From positions 4,500,989 to 4,564,988 of the forward strand of contig JBLDXI010000003.1 of assembly GCA_047495785.1 (NCBI GenBank): 64,000 nucleotides of DNA, read 5' to 3'. This DNA is from Lepidodermella squamata (taxonomy: Eukaryota > Animalia > Gastrotricha). Positions 38,601-50,853 of this stretch are shown piece after piece. The notes below the pieces were generated by a model. That model did not search any database, was not told the origin of the DNA, and saw only the letters and a program-made list of their open reading frames with translations. The first letter of the stretch is position 1. Every line of letters begins with the position of its first letter. Made by a program: the position numbers and the translations under genes.

Positions 38601-41102
38601 ACCAAAGAAAACTGCGCTTTTACCTGTCGTTCGTCTGCGTAATTTAACCACGGCGTAATCTATATATACGTTAAAATGAGCAGTTTCCATTGAATGCATT
38701 GGAAATAAAGTCTCAACATAAATTTCTAACGCTTTAAATCATTTGGGACTAAATTAAATTACTGGCTAAACATGTGATAGCAACCGTCATGGTGACGCCA
38801 TGGGTAGAATTTACGTGTGAGACACCCTATAAAACGGGCTGGGAAAAAAACCAACCTTGTAGCGTTTATTTGGCAGTGCTACGCTCTGCTGAGATTGCGT
38901 CTCGCGTTCCCAAGTGATTATCGGCATTGGGTTGCCGGCAGCTCGACAGAAAAACATTGCCTTCTTATCCTCTTGCACCGTGACATTTCGCAGGCCGAGC
39001 GTTATGATAGGTCCATCTGAAATAGCAGAGAAATGCGATAGTTAGCATGACTTGATTATGTATATGTTCCGTTTCATCTCAATGTTTCATGTTTCAATTT
39101 TCAGTTTAATTCGATATTTAAAGCGGTCTCTGCATTCGCTTGGTTCTACTTACACTGAATGTGTGCCGTGAAATCAAATTTCTCGACGTATTTTTTATCA
39201 AAGACAAAGTTATTATTTGATGCTCCTGAATCACTTTCTGCTGCTTGCGTCTGAGTAGTAGTAGTATCATCACCTGAACAGGGCACGGCGCCAAAACAAC
39301 AACACACGTCAACTCACCACGAAGATTGCGCGACGAAGCCAGGGCGTCTTACAGGGGCAACACACCAAAATCTCAAAATGCGGTTTTTCACTACCATCAT
39401 TGCGCCACGGGTGAGCTGCACGCCGCGGCGCCGATGAGCGGACAGTCTTCCTCTTCCCTCTCCATTCTTGCCTCTCTATCACAGTGGCGTCTTGCGAATT
39501 TGCATGGCTAAGTTTTTTGAGCGCTTTCAAGTGCGATAAAAGATTAGGGGCAACGCAACACGTGTTTAGCTTTTTCGTTTGTTTGTTTGTTTATGCGAAT
39601 TGATTTCCCTGGTTCTGCATTCTGTGGAATAATACGTCCCACTTCATATGGGTCTCATCGCAGGCCACAGGTCACATCCGCATCAGGGCCGATGATGAGT
39701 GCGATGCGCCGCCGATGACAAGACAAGCTAACGCAAACAACGCCAGCAAAATGTGGAATCGGGCGCAGCGACTAGCTGGGATGCGCAAACGGCGGCTAAT
39801 TACGCGCATGAACCGCGTGAACTGACGCAGATAATAGAAATCGGTTAAATTATAGCCGATACTTCTTGCCGGTTGATGAAACGCTGGTTGCGTGGCTCAC
39901 TTAACTGGAAACACACTGAAGGGAGGAGACCGAGCAGTTGTACCTTGTCTGAGGTTGCTGTCAAAACGCACCGGGTAAGAGAGATCCGGGCAGCGTACGC
40001 TAGCGCGATAACGCGCGCACTTCACGCATGATGCGCTCGCTCTTGAGTGTTGTTGCAGAATCATTTTCGAATAACAATAATCGTTAATATGATAAGTGAA
40101 TGATTTACGGCACCCGAAGACGATCTCCAGATGCGGCCACATGTTGCGCCTCTCGAAGAAACGCGGGTGATAAATCAAAACCCGCCTGCATTTTTCCGCG
40201 ATTAGTAGCCAACAGCCCTGCGTTATCATTCCGCGATTATTTTCATCGGCCGATGATAAATGTTGCCGCGGTGCGCGTGCAATTTCCGCCCGAAACGATG
40301 CGCAAGTGGATGATTCAATGGTCGTAAACATGAAAGATGCCGGCAAAAACAATAATAACAACAATATAGTTATATGACGAAGCGCATCGAGTTAACGCCC
40401 CTCCACTCTGGTAATAATGTTGATGTTTTGCTGCGTGCGCCGCGAAAAAAACAAGCCGAGCTATGAGGAAGCGTTGGAGAGCCTCGGCGCGACAGTGCCT
40501 GTTGACGCCGTCAATTGGATCGAAATTGCGAGCGGATGCGGCTGACCAGACGGGTGGATAAACGATAGCGCAGTAAATCGGCCGGCTGCAGTCTCGGTCG
40601 TTCAGGAAATTGGAAATTGCACGCGCCGAAAGCGTGTGAAGAAATGCGGCGTTTCAATTAATAATAAACCACTAGTGAATCTAGTCACTTCTCGACCCAC
40701 CTATGACCTAGAGGTATTACTAGATTCAATCGCTAATTCGGCGAATTGTATACCAAAAAAATAGAAAAATAAAAAACTGCCCGCCATCGGATCGCGCGCG
40801 GGTGAAACGCCCTGGCTGTCTCTGTTAATATCTGATGAAGACTTTGTCCCAATCTTGAGGGCGCACCACGCTAAACCGAATGGAGGTAAAAAAATCGTAG
40901 GTAAAGTAAACATACCGGAAGCGTCTGATGAGCGGTACAGGCGGCCCGTCAAGCCATTGGCACGCGCGTAACTGCCGCCGTTGCGCATATGTCGGCCCGT
41001 GCCGTGCTTCTTGGCGTGTGAAGCCGAAGGTAACAGCAGCACGAGCGCGAACAGGGCGCAAACGGCAAGTCGCAGTATACCGAGCGGCTTCGGCGACGCC
41101 AT
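17972..41102 (-). CDS. Lar: LAR-type (type IIa) receptor protein tyrosine phosphatase, PTPRF/PTPRD/PTPRS ortholog: signal peptide, 3 Ig, 9 FN3, TM, tandem PTP domains D1/D2
   Basis: Phase-compatible GT-AG exons: 41102-40916, 39016-38856, 38211-38064, 37019-36843, 36789-36679, 35514-35227, 33251-32967, 30474-30374, 30310-30115, 27407-27096, 26749-26399, 25598-24465, 23431-23327, 23268-23168, 22110-21371, 20657-19541, 19297-17972. Ig3 [24 protein letters not shown]1 has WPDHGVP and [11 protein letters not shown]; D2 has WPEQG and [11 protein letters not shown]. Confidence 0.95.
21371..33251 (-). CDS. Lar: Lar fibronectin type III repeat and transmembrane exons
   Basis: Repeated FN3 signatures (PxxP..xW.PP..Y...L.P.T.Y) across nine exons. 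TM segment [23 protein letters not shown] ends at 21371. Confidence 0.92.
34896..34938. repeat. Intronic 19-bp-arm inverted repeat
   Basis: AGGAAAGTTTGGTCTAGTT-GGTAA-AACCAGACCAAACTTTCCT, with 1 mismatch. Confidence 0.85.
35227..39016 (-). CDS. Lar: Lar immunoglobulin-domain exons (Ig1-Ig3)
   Basis: Ig1: [15 protein letters not shown] / [11 protein letters not shown]. Ig2: [21 protein letters not shown] / [11 protein letters not shown]. Ig3: [15 protein letters not shown] / [11 protein letters not shown]. Confidence 0.92.
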
Positions 41103-42404
41103 GTCACGGCGGCGACGTCGGGCTATAGGGGCAAAAATCAGACACTTACCACCCAAGTTCATTTTATGTGAGTATATTGTGAGTTGTTGTTTGGTCAACG
41201 GAAGTATTTCACAAAGGCGTCGTCTTTTACGAAGGCGATGATGACGATGATGATGAGCTGTTGCTGTTGATGAGCATATTACCAGGCGAGAGTTGTTGTA
41301 AAAAACACGAGTTATAACATGCTGTTAAGTGGCGAAAAAATCTAGACAAAGATGAAGATCGAATACAAAAGCGTGGTAGATTTCGGTATAGATAAAAACG
41401 TGCGTTGCGATTTTTCACGCGAGATTTAGCCGCGGGACGTGTAGTCGGTGGCCGAGTGCGAAAAGCAGCATTAGCTATCTATCTGTTATCTTTTTGTTAA
41501 CAATCGGCGGCCGCATGCAGTGGGATAAATAAAAGATGAGGGGCGCAGGCTAGTAGCGAGGCGAAAATAGACAAATTATCCGGCACGCGCGCAAGTCAGG
41601 CCCGAGCGACAGGTGCGGCGCGACTGACACCCGGCCGCGGCGTGATTGCCAGGCTAGGCTTGTTACTCCTAAATGGGCATCGCTGGCAATTAAAAGCCGG
41701 CCGGCAATAAACACGTCGAAGCGCGTGTCGCCGCCGATTAGGCGCCGGGCGTTTAAATAATCGCTTGGCACGCTGCTTGCGTTGGAATTAGGCGGAGCGC
41801 CCGCCCGCTCAACACGCACAAGTGAGCGCTGTTTCTTTGCGCGTGCGCGTTTGTGTGCGACGAGCAAGAATTTGATTATGAAAACTCGTGTATTTATGGC
41901 GACGACTACTACTACAACTACTAGAATCTATGTTTTCTCCGTTATGTTATTATGCGCGCCGTCGTTTATGTATTTTAGCCTTCCCAGCAGCAGCAGCAGT
42001 AGTGTAATGCTTAGGCAAAGTGGCGCGTGTACGGCGGCTCCGAACAATCTCAAGCTAAATCAGCAGCCAATCGCGAGCCTCATGTATTAGTCTATAATAC
42101 GACTACTCATCGACGCAGGGCGTTGCCGATTTCTCGGCTCGCACTCGCCTACATCACTCTCGACTATAATATACTTCTCAGCGCATGCGCCCGCGCTTGC
42201 GGTCAGCGGCTACTACGCTGCGCAGTGTGCGATTGGCGCCGATGTGCGCCATGATCGATACCGCCACGTGGTTGGCCATTTGGCTGCTGTGTGCGCGCGC
42301 GCGCGAACAACACTCGGCTCGGCTCGAAAAATGTGCCTGCTACACGCCTTCGATCACTGCTGAGCACGTGTATTTTACACGAGAGCTCGCGCGCCGATAC
42401 TCTC

Positions 42405-42447
42405 CCTCTCTCAGTCAGTCAGTCAGTCAGTCACTCACTCACTCACC
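42405..42447. repeat. Compound microsatellite (TC)n(TCAG)n(TCAC)n upstream of Lar
   Basis: CTCTCTCAGTCAGTCAGTCAGTCAGTCACTCACTCACTCACC. Confidence 0.8.
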
Positions 42448-44857
42448 CGCGCTCTCTTATTTACTACTTTAATACTATTATTACGGCTAATAGTAGTAGT
42501 CGCCGAAACGCTTTTACTATTATTAAAAATCTCGGAATAAAACAAATCGCGTGGCGAAAAATACGTCGAGGCGCTAATTAAGATATTGCGAGAGCGCGCT
42601 AAAGCTAAGCATATATAACTGACGAGGGTGGGGCGCGCAATCACTTTTTGCGCCTTGTAGTAAATAAGTGCAGCACTCGACTCAAGGCTCAAGGCCCCAC
42701 CGCCGCTTCAAATAACAACAATGCAAACACGGCAATTTTTGCAATGATAACAATACGCTAAGATATCATTTCCGCTAGACAATAAAGATCACTGTAAATA
42801 ATAATATTGTTACTATGACTAATCGATTTCGGCTCCCAAGCTTCTTTGTGCGCCAACAGTCAAGGCGCCATGGTTTCAGCTTGAATTACGCAGCAGCGCA
42901 AAAAGAGCAACCACTCGACAAAGATGCGCGCGATAACAAACACGAAAACATTAGTATTTCTCAGGTGTTTTTCCACGGCTTTCGAAAACACATCAAGCTT
43001 AGACAATTAACAAGATTTAATTATTTTCTGTTCTGAAATTAATGTTGAAAGCATTGCCGAAATATCGCACTAAACAATAATCCTGCGAAATGCGATGGCA
43101 ATACAGTGTGGTTTGTGTAAATACATTTCTGCGGTAAATAAAAAACAATATTTAGGCGAGTATGAGCGCAGATTTGATGATCAATAGCGACTGAAAGCGT
43201 CCTGAACAACTGATATTATAATTAGTACGATTGTGATCGAAGGAAAAAATTGCGCGCAGTACACTGCATATTTGAAGATTGGCTGCGAGGCGATTGATTG
43301 CTGTCTAACAGCGATAATCAGCCAGTTATTAGAGCTTGTAAAGTGGCCTGGCTAATGCCCAGGCGCGACGCGTGGCCTCGGGCGGCCGGGTCGTTGGCCT
43401 CACGCGCGTTTCCGGCACTGCCAGTTGCGCAACTGCTGCGAATTGAATTAAATTCAACCAGCATCAGCCGCAGCGCCAAGCAGCCAGCAGTCACTGGTCC
43501 CACTAAGCCAAGAAATTAAAGTAGTAATTAAATTATAGATTGAGATGAGCCAAGGCACGTTTTGCCAAAGCACTCGAGCGCGTATTATCGCGCAACGTTA
43601 TCTAGTTATATTCGAAAAATCCGTTAAGTCACCAGCAAAGCTCATCATCATCATCAGCATCACCAATCTTGATGCAAAGTTTCCAGAGACACGTTCTTGC
43701 GCCTTCTCAAATTAATTCCAATTCCGTTGACCTATTGAACAACCGAGATAACTCAGTGAAATTGAACATACCTGATGAGATGGAGGTTAAGCAGGCTGGA
43801 AGTTGGTTGAGCATTGTCGTATCGTCCGGTTCATGTCGGCATTAAGTGAATCAATTTTTAGTTAAAAATGTCGTGTATCTACTTAAGAAAAATTAAAAAA
43901 CTTGAAAAATGTGTTTTTCACTCTTTGGGATTAGGATCAACAGAAACAAAGAGTAATTCGTCAACGCGAGGTAAAGTGCGGAATTTTGCGCGAGATTTCA
44001 CGGGACACTGGGCGTATTGAGGCATGGGCTTTGAAAACGTGACAAGTTGGTGAGCTTCTTTTTAAAATAAAACACAGCACGAGTATAGTTATTACGCGCG
44101 AATAACAAGAATTACGGCGGATGACATCATTGTTATTAGTGGTTTTGAACTCGCACAAATAATGATGATGATGAGCCGCTTCATCGCCGGGGCTCGGCGT
44201 TATATTTACGACTTTTGGCCACGGCACGGGTTTCGTATCATCACCGTTGTTTGTTTGCGTTTACGCGCCAAAGAAACGACGTGAGAGCATCCACACAGTC
44301 CCTGTTGTTTTCTACTTGTCATTTTAAGAAGTATATTCTCGCTGCAGATTTCAAAGCATGAAAATGGTTTTCTTGAGTGCCTGCAAATTGAGGCACTGCA
44401 ATTATTTTGATCCAAGAGAGTTGTGAATTTCGATAGTCTGTGAAAAAGTTAGGCAGAATAGTATAAAAACGAAAAAGTTAATGAAAAACCACAAAATGAA
44501 AACTTGGATCGGATATATTCATCTACCCAAAGTTTAAAAAGTTTGTTTGAAAATGTTGAAAATTAGTGTTTAGACATTTTAATCCGAGCAGATGGTCGGC
44601 GCGTACAGGTAAATGCGATTTGATTAGCTAGGGAATAGGGAAATATCTAAGTAAAAAAAATCACTGAGGTAGAATCTTACTGCTAGAAGGTGCTAGAAGG
44701 CAGGAGATGATAAAGGTTCCGGTCACTTGAGACCGTGTCTCATTTTAGTCGCCTGTTGCAGCGAGGAAACCTATCTAACAACAATCGCTTCGGAGCTACA
44801 GCCGAGAATAGTTTTGATCCATTCTCATATCTGGAAGATGCGTGTATCGGATTTGGT

Positions 44858-45998
44858 TCTTCCTCTTCCTTCTTCCTTTTCTTCCTTCTTCCCTTCTCTT
44901 CTTCCCTCTCTATCTTCCAATCTGTCTTCCAGATTGTCTTCCTTTTCTTCCCTTTTATAGAGAAATTTCTGGCGGAGTCACTGACGCGAGCCAATCAGCT
45001 TGCGACAAATTTCAATTTGAAAATTATTAAGGCGCATTTTTTATTTTTTTGCTGTTTTGCGCACACAGCAATTTTGTTGTCGCACACCGCGAATAAAAAG
45101 TGTGTGATTGTGTTGTTCGCAAAAGGCATAGACTAAAAACGCATACCGGGGAGCGAGCGGTACAATGTACCTTAAAAAATTGTACCGCTCCCCAGTAGAT
45201 GACTAAAAAGCGTATCTTATCCATCTTCCTCAGATAAAACTGTCGACAATAAGATTCGTGACCAAGGCGCAGTCAGAATGTAGAATGAAAGATGACTAAT
45301 AACTAATGTCTTCTTCCCCTGGGCTACGGAACTTGACTGTTTCAAAAGCTATATTGTCAATAACAGATAAAACTATTTCAAAAAGTAGAGATTTAGGTAA
45401 AGGCCTAGTTTTCATAAAAGGTCATCAACAACGCCGCGCGTGATGGTTCCGCGGGCTCCGCGATATTATGGGGCCGAGAATGTTCACAAATAATAGATAA
45501 ATGAGGAAACAGGCCTCAAGTATTATACTTTTTGAAGCCAACATTTTGTAAAGCCGCACTGCTGTTTTCTGCTGTGTTCATCGAACGAACTCTGTATATC
45601 GCCGCCGTGCAAGAAACTCCTTCATCGTAGTGCGGCGGGTGAAAATTATTGCCCCAAATAAAATGCACACGCAGACCACACACGAATCTCGCAATAGGCA
45701 TAGTAGGCCACCACCAAGCGTCACAGAAATAAACCCAAGTACAGCATAAAATTTAGTAATATTTTGCAGCACACATTTTTGCAACACTCAGCCTTGTTTT
45801 AGGCATTACAGTGAAAAAGTATAAATTCAGGCATAAATTCAGGTACCCGGCATCCGGTATTCATTTGAATTTGAGGGACGCCAGTAAACCGGGTAAAAAC
45901 AGAGTAAAAAGGGTAAAAGCGGATACAACCGGGGTAAGAAACGAAAATCGTCCCTTTCGCTTTTCATTATCGGATTAAGCAGCGTAAAAAACTACCCT
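44858..45998. repeat. Interspersed repeat family A, copy 1 (long)
   Basis: CT-rich tract, then the core CCTTTTATAG..GAGTCACTGACGCGAGCCAATCA..TTTCAATTTGAAAATTATTAAGGCGCATTT, ending CGGATTAAGCAGCGTAAAAAACTACCC. Colinear with 52237-53487. Confidence 0.88.
45146..45195. mobile_element. 50-bp TA-flanked mini-MITE nested in repeat A copy 1
   Basis: TA|CCGGGGAGCG(AGCG)GTACAAT..ATTGTACCGCTCCCCAG|TA. Absent from the equivalent position in copy 3 (~52575). Confidence 0.72.
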
Positions 45999-46201
45999 AT
46001 ATATGTCTTCTTTTGGTATAGTTCTTGGTGCCTTACGGGTGGTTAATTTTGGACAGGCTAAATTTGGACAAAACCACTTCTAAGAGTATAAGTATGTTCC
46101 ATCAGTGAGGCTGAAAAAATCGCATTAAAATCTCTAGGAGCCTTGATAGACGGGCTTTCCATCGGTACCAAATTAAAGGTATTCGAAAGACACTTTATTC
46201 A

Positions 46202-46524
46202 GCAGCAATTTTTTTTTCTCGCAGTATCACTTTCTTTTCGCAGCAAATCAGCGTGTTTTCCGCAGCTAATACTAAAAGAAAAAAAAAATTGGTATTAAAT
46301 AGCTGCCAATTTAACCAGCGTTACAAACTGGTTCAGAAAAAGGATGGCGATGGCATGTTATATACGAACGATTGCTCCCACCACCTCAAGACAAAGAAAG
46401 TATCGTATAACATAATTTAAAATTGGCAGCTATTTAATTCCAATTTTTTATTCATTTAGTATTAGCTGCGGAAAACACGCTGATTTTCTGCGAAAAGTGA
46501 TACTGCGCGAAAAAAAATTGCTGC
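46202..46524. mobile_element. Foldback/MITE-like element with ~110-bp inverted repeats
   Basis: 46202-46314 is the reverse complement (with a few indels) of ~46418-46524, e.g. ATCAGCGTGTTTTCCGCAGCTAATACTAAA / TTTAGTATTAGCTGCGGAAAACACGCTGAT. Spacer ~100 bp. Confidence 0.8.
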
Positions 46525-48269
46525 GAAAAGACCAGTTAATAGTTGGTTAATAGCAAGAGCCAAGAGCGATGATGAATTTGAAGCTCTGCCTGATGAAATA
46601 TAGACCTCAAGAAGACACCGGTGAAACTTTGCACCTGATGTCCAGATAAATGATGAAAGATGATCTAAGAAGCTGTCCTCGCGAAGTCAGCGTTTCAGTT
46701 ATAATAGACTACAAGCAAAATCGAATCGTAACGCAATTGAGAAGCAATATTTCGCAAGAGGCATATGCAAGCGGAACTCACTTTTAAACACATTGGACTC
46801 GATAAAAATACCCGTAACCCGTAAAGAATCTAGATCAATGAACCTAGAAGAACTGTAGCTAAAAAAGCTCATGGCAGAAATCATTTAACGCAGAAAACAA
46901 GATGAATGAAACTGTGAGAGAGATACAAGAAGGAACAGCGGTCAAATAAAATACGAGGGTGTTTAAACAACGGAGCATAAGATACGCTTTGATAAGCGGA
47001 GACGGACGATGCGCACTTGTAGGGAAAGAAAAACAGAGGCTCGCTTCTTGGTGAAGAGGCTTGAGCTCTTGAGCGCATTACACGCGCTTAGGAATACACC
47101 GCACGGCTCAAGAGTCGAGGAAATAATGAAGTCGGTTATGTGTTGGCGTTCCACTGGCACGTGCTATATGGCCCGGCCAGGTAGGGCGAGTGTTTTTCTA
47201 TGCCCGCGACAGTGATGTGCTATTCTCATAATCCTCTTTTCATAACTCGTCTCTTTTGGCATCGCTGTCTAAATTGGTGGTGGCAGGTGATGAAGCAGTA
47301 CGACTGCCCCTCGCGCCAGTCGCCAGAACAAGTGTCGCTGTAGCAATAATAACATCAACACAGCCGCCTTGATATTTGGCGCACTAGCCGTGTGTCTTTC
47401 AGTTGGTGCGCAGCTCTTGGTGGCGATAAATCTCGCGAGAGCGAAGGTGTAATAAAATAAACGGGTCAAAATATGCCGCTAAATGAAGTAAATGAGCGTT
47501 GATGCCGATGACAAGTTTTTTCTATATTAGCAGCGGCCATTCAAAACAACCGGTGTTTTTATTGGCGCATTCAAATAACCACCTTAATGCAGCGGACGAG
47601 TTTAATGTCTTTCCTCATTATTCCGCAACGCTGTTCTTGCTAATTACCTAAAGCGTTCGAAGTGCAAAAAAATCATGTTTAATAGTTGAAAAACAAGGAC
47701 CCAAACAATTTGTAAAATTAATAAAGATGAGATATATCTATCATACCGGCAGCGTACCAACGCTGCATACGAGTGCATGCCGTAATAGTATGTGGTTCAT
47801 GGAAAACCAGGTTGGTTTGCTTTTTGGTGTCACACTAATTAATGTAATTAAATTCTCGTGAGAGAAAACAATAACACAAAATAACAGAAAACAACAACTT
47901 CAAGTACGGAGGCTGCACGGTGCTAGGCAAAAAACCTATTGTAGACCAGGGAATCACATTTAAGGATATAAGTATGCTATAAAAAAATTGTGTTCCAAAA
48001 AGCGAAAGAATATTCTCAAGTATGAATGCATTTTTGCAATAATTATAATAGTCCTCATATAGGAATCAAGAATCGATTTTTTCTCTTTGTCGGGTCTTCA
48101 CTCGGAAAAAGACGAATGTGAGTAGCGCTAAAGGGTCAACATCTGAATGAGAGCCAACGAATTTACATTATGCATTTTTAACCACCGCATAAATTTGCGG
48201 TTGATCACAGCAGCGCGCATACATATTATTTTTGTAGCAAGATTATTTGGTAGCTCCATATCTGTAAAT

Positions 48270-48600
48270 TTCTTCCTCTTCCGTCTCTTATTCTTCCTAT
48301 ATTCTTCCTTCTCCTTCTCTTCCCCTCTCATCTTCCCTTCTTCCTCTTCTTCCCTTCTTCTTCCAACTCTTCCCATTGCGCCGCGGGTGGCGCTCTTCCT
48401 TTCTTCCCTTTTATAGACGAATTCTGTTGTTTTGAGTCACTGACGAGCCAATCACAATTCGACAAATTTCAATTTGAAAATAATTAAGGTGCACTTTTTT
48501 ATCTTGATTGCTGTGTTTTACGCACACCGCGATTTTATTGTCACACACACACTTTATTGTGTTCGTGTTTGCAAAATACGTGACAGTGAGTGAATAATAA
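48270..48600. repeat. Interspersed repeat family A, copy 2 (truncated)
   Basis: Same CT-rich tract and core (TTTTATAG..GAGTCACTGACGAGCCAATCA..TTTCAATTTGAAAA). Boundaries approximate. Confidence 0.82.
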
Positions 48601-50828
48601 AGAAGCGAAAAGCAGAGAAATACGCTAATGTGCGTAATATAAGAAACCTCTAACGTGTGCGGTCTGAGCACATTTCTATAAAAACCTCCAATAATAACCG
48701 CTGTCATCTAAAATGATCCCGCGATTCGCCGATCATGACACTAATCAATTTCTTCAATGATCATCATACCAATTCAATGGCGAATTGAATCGCAAGTAAT
48801 AAGTCGACAGAAAAAGAAGCTCAGTCATTATAACAAAAAAACTGTGATGATTTAAAATACCGCGCAGATGTTAATGGGAGCTGATGCGACATGTTAACAA
48901 GAAGGTTTCTGGTTGCACCTGCACGCTCAAAAAAAGACATCCCAAATGTGACATTACAGATTACAGTTTGTCCGTCAAATAATATGAGCCTAAATATAGC
49001 ATAAGGTGATGAAACTAACCATTTTAACTGCGATTTAATAGCAAATTTTCTGATCCAATTCAGTTAAAACTGTCTATACTAGCCATTGGACGTATTCTTG
49101 AGGACATATGTGAAATTCACGTATATAACGGTTAGCCGATAGCGCCCCGGATGCTACACAAATTGGCGAAAGCGACATTACCCCTTTATTTCAAAAAACG
49201 GAACTTATTTCGAACAGATTCCCAGGTCGTAATGGAAACTGCGTTAGTTGCTTTCATTGCATTTTTTGTTACATTTGTTGCATTTTATGCTTCAACGGCA
49301 GTTATTAAATTAGACGTGCAGAAAAAAGGGAAGACCGATTCCAAAAAAGCGATTTATAAAACTGGCCATGCCGAATTCAAAATGGCCCTTGCAAAACAAA
49401 AAACTGAAACGGCTGAGGGAGAAGATGATGATGACGGGAGATAAACCTGATCATAAAGATAATTTTTTAAAGGCGCGGCTCGTTAAGAGCAAAATATGAG
49501 CATTCCTGATGGGTCAGAATATCACCTTCTCTATCACCTGAAAGAATTAAGACGAAGAAAGTTTAATCCTCAACACCAGCCGATGCATATAAATGTTAAC
49601 TAGCGGTAGTAAATAAAGCATTAGATTTCATTGACGTATTATTTTTTGCATCTCATGAAAAAATGAGACGCCAGATTTGGCACGCGCCACGATTGCTGTT
49701 GCTTTTGCACTATAAATAGCCTCGTATTACTTATTTGACGGACACGCTGTAATTTCATGAAACAAATTTGTACATAATTTCCTATAATCTAATTTCTATT
49801 TCAGCTGAGCCCTGGTGGAAAAAGGTCGGGTTGACCAACCGGTAAATTTACCGGTTTCCAGTTGGTCCAGGTCGCCGGTTGGGTAAGTGTCGGTTAAATT
49901 CTGGCCGGTTGGCCGGTATAATGACATTTTAGGCGGGAATGTAGAAATAGTAGCAGAATTAGACCTGCGGCGGCAAGACTCTCTCAAAAAGTATACGGTC
50001 AGTTGGAAATAAGAAGGAAGCGTATTAATAATCTTTGGTCTGCGCACCAATCGCCACGGTGGTTTCTGTGAAATTCAGGATTTAAGTGGTTCATATGGTA
50101 TAAAATTACTATAATTAATTACACTGGGTCTTTTTGTATATCGAGGAAGAGGAGGAGGCCCAACATATCCATTTCACTTCGCTGTGCTTAAATTTCAATC
50201 TCTCAAACGTCGATGAGCATTCGTCAAAAAAGTTTCCAAGATAATTAGGTACTCCTAATTGGAAAGCGGCAACAAGAAATATTGAGAAGGTTTGGTATCG
50301 CAGAGTTAATTAAAGCTATCAAGAATGGCAAAAAATCAAGTCAACGAGCCACAGATAAATAATGGCAAATGAGAGGATATTGGCCGTTAGGATGCTGTGA
50401 TACAGTGCTTTTCAGTCTGCTCCCCTCTGTCTCCCTGGTGCAAAAGTCTGCAAAGATAAAACAATGAAAAGTACCAACAATGTCGTAAATAAATTATTGG
50501 CGCTAAAAAAATCTTTGGCATGAAATACGCACCAAAAGTTGCAACGCAAAAACGAAGGGCTAAAAGCTGGATGACTTGATGTGATAATTGTTTTTGCCGA
50601 TTTATATGATGTCCGATATAATAAATTAGGGCAAGAAATCAGAGCCGTGATATTTTCATGTCAAACGATAACCGCATACGCGCGCGCGCATCACACTTGG
50701 CCGCGCAAGAAGAGGTGCGGATGCGCGCGTTCATAGGAAATATGGCTATAAAAAAATACACGCCCAGCACGCCGTAAGATCGGCCAGAATAAACGCATCG
50801 ACGACGACGGGCCAAATGATTATCGCTT

Positions 50829-50853
50829 GTCATCATCATCATCATCATCATCA
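50829..50853. repeat. (TCA)n microsatellite
   Basis: About 8 TCA units. This produces the spurious poly-M and poly-D ORFs in the track. Confidence 0.85.

Noticed and set aside
49151-49444. 97-aa ORF with a hydrophobic segment
   Set aside because: No recognisable domain or supporting exon structure; possibly TE-derived or random.
49805-49920. ACCGG-rich palindromic patch resembling a hAT/MITE end
   Set aside because: No matching second terminus or TSD found in the window.
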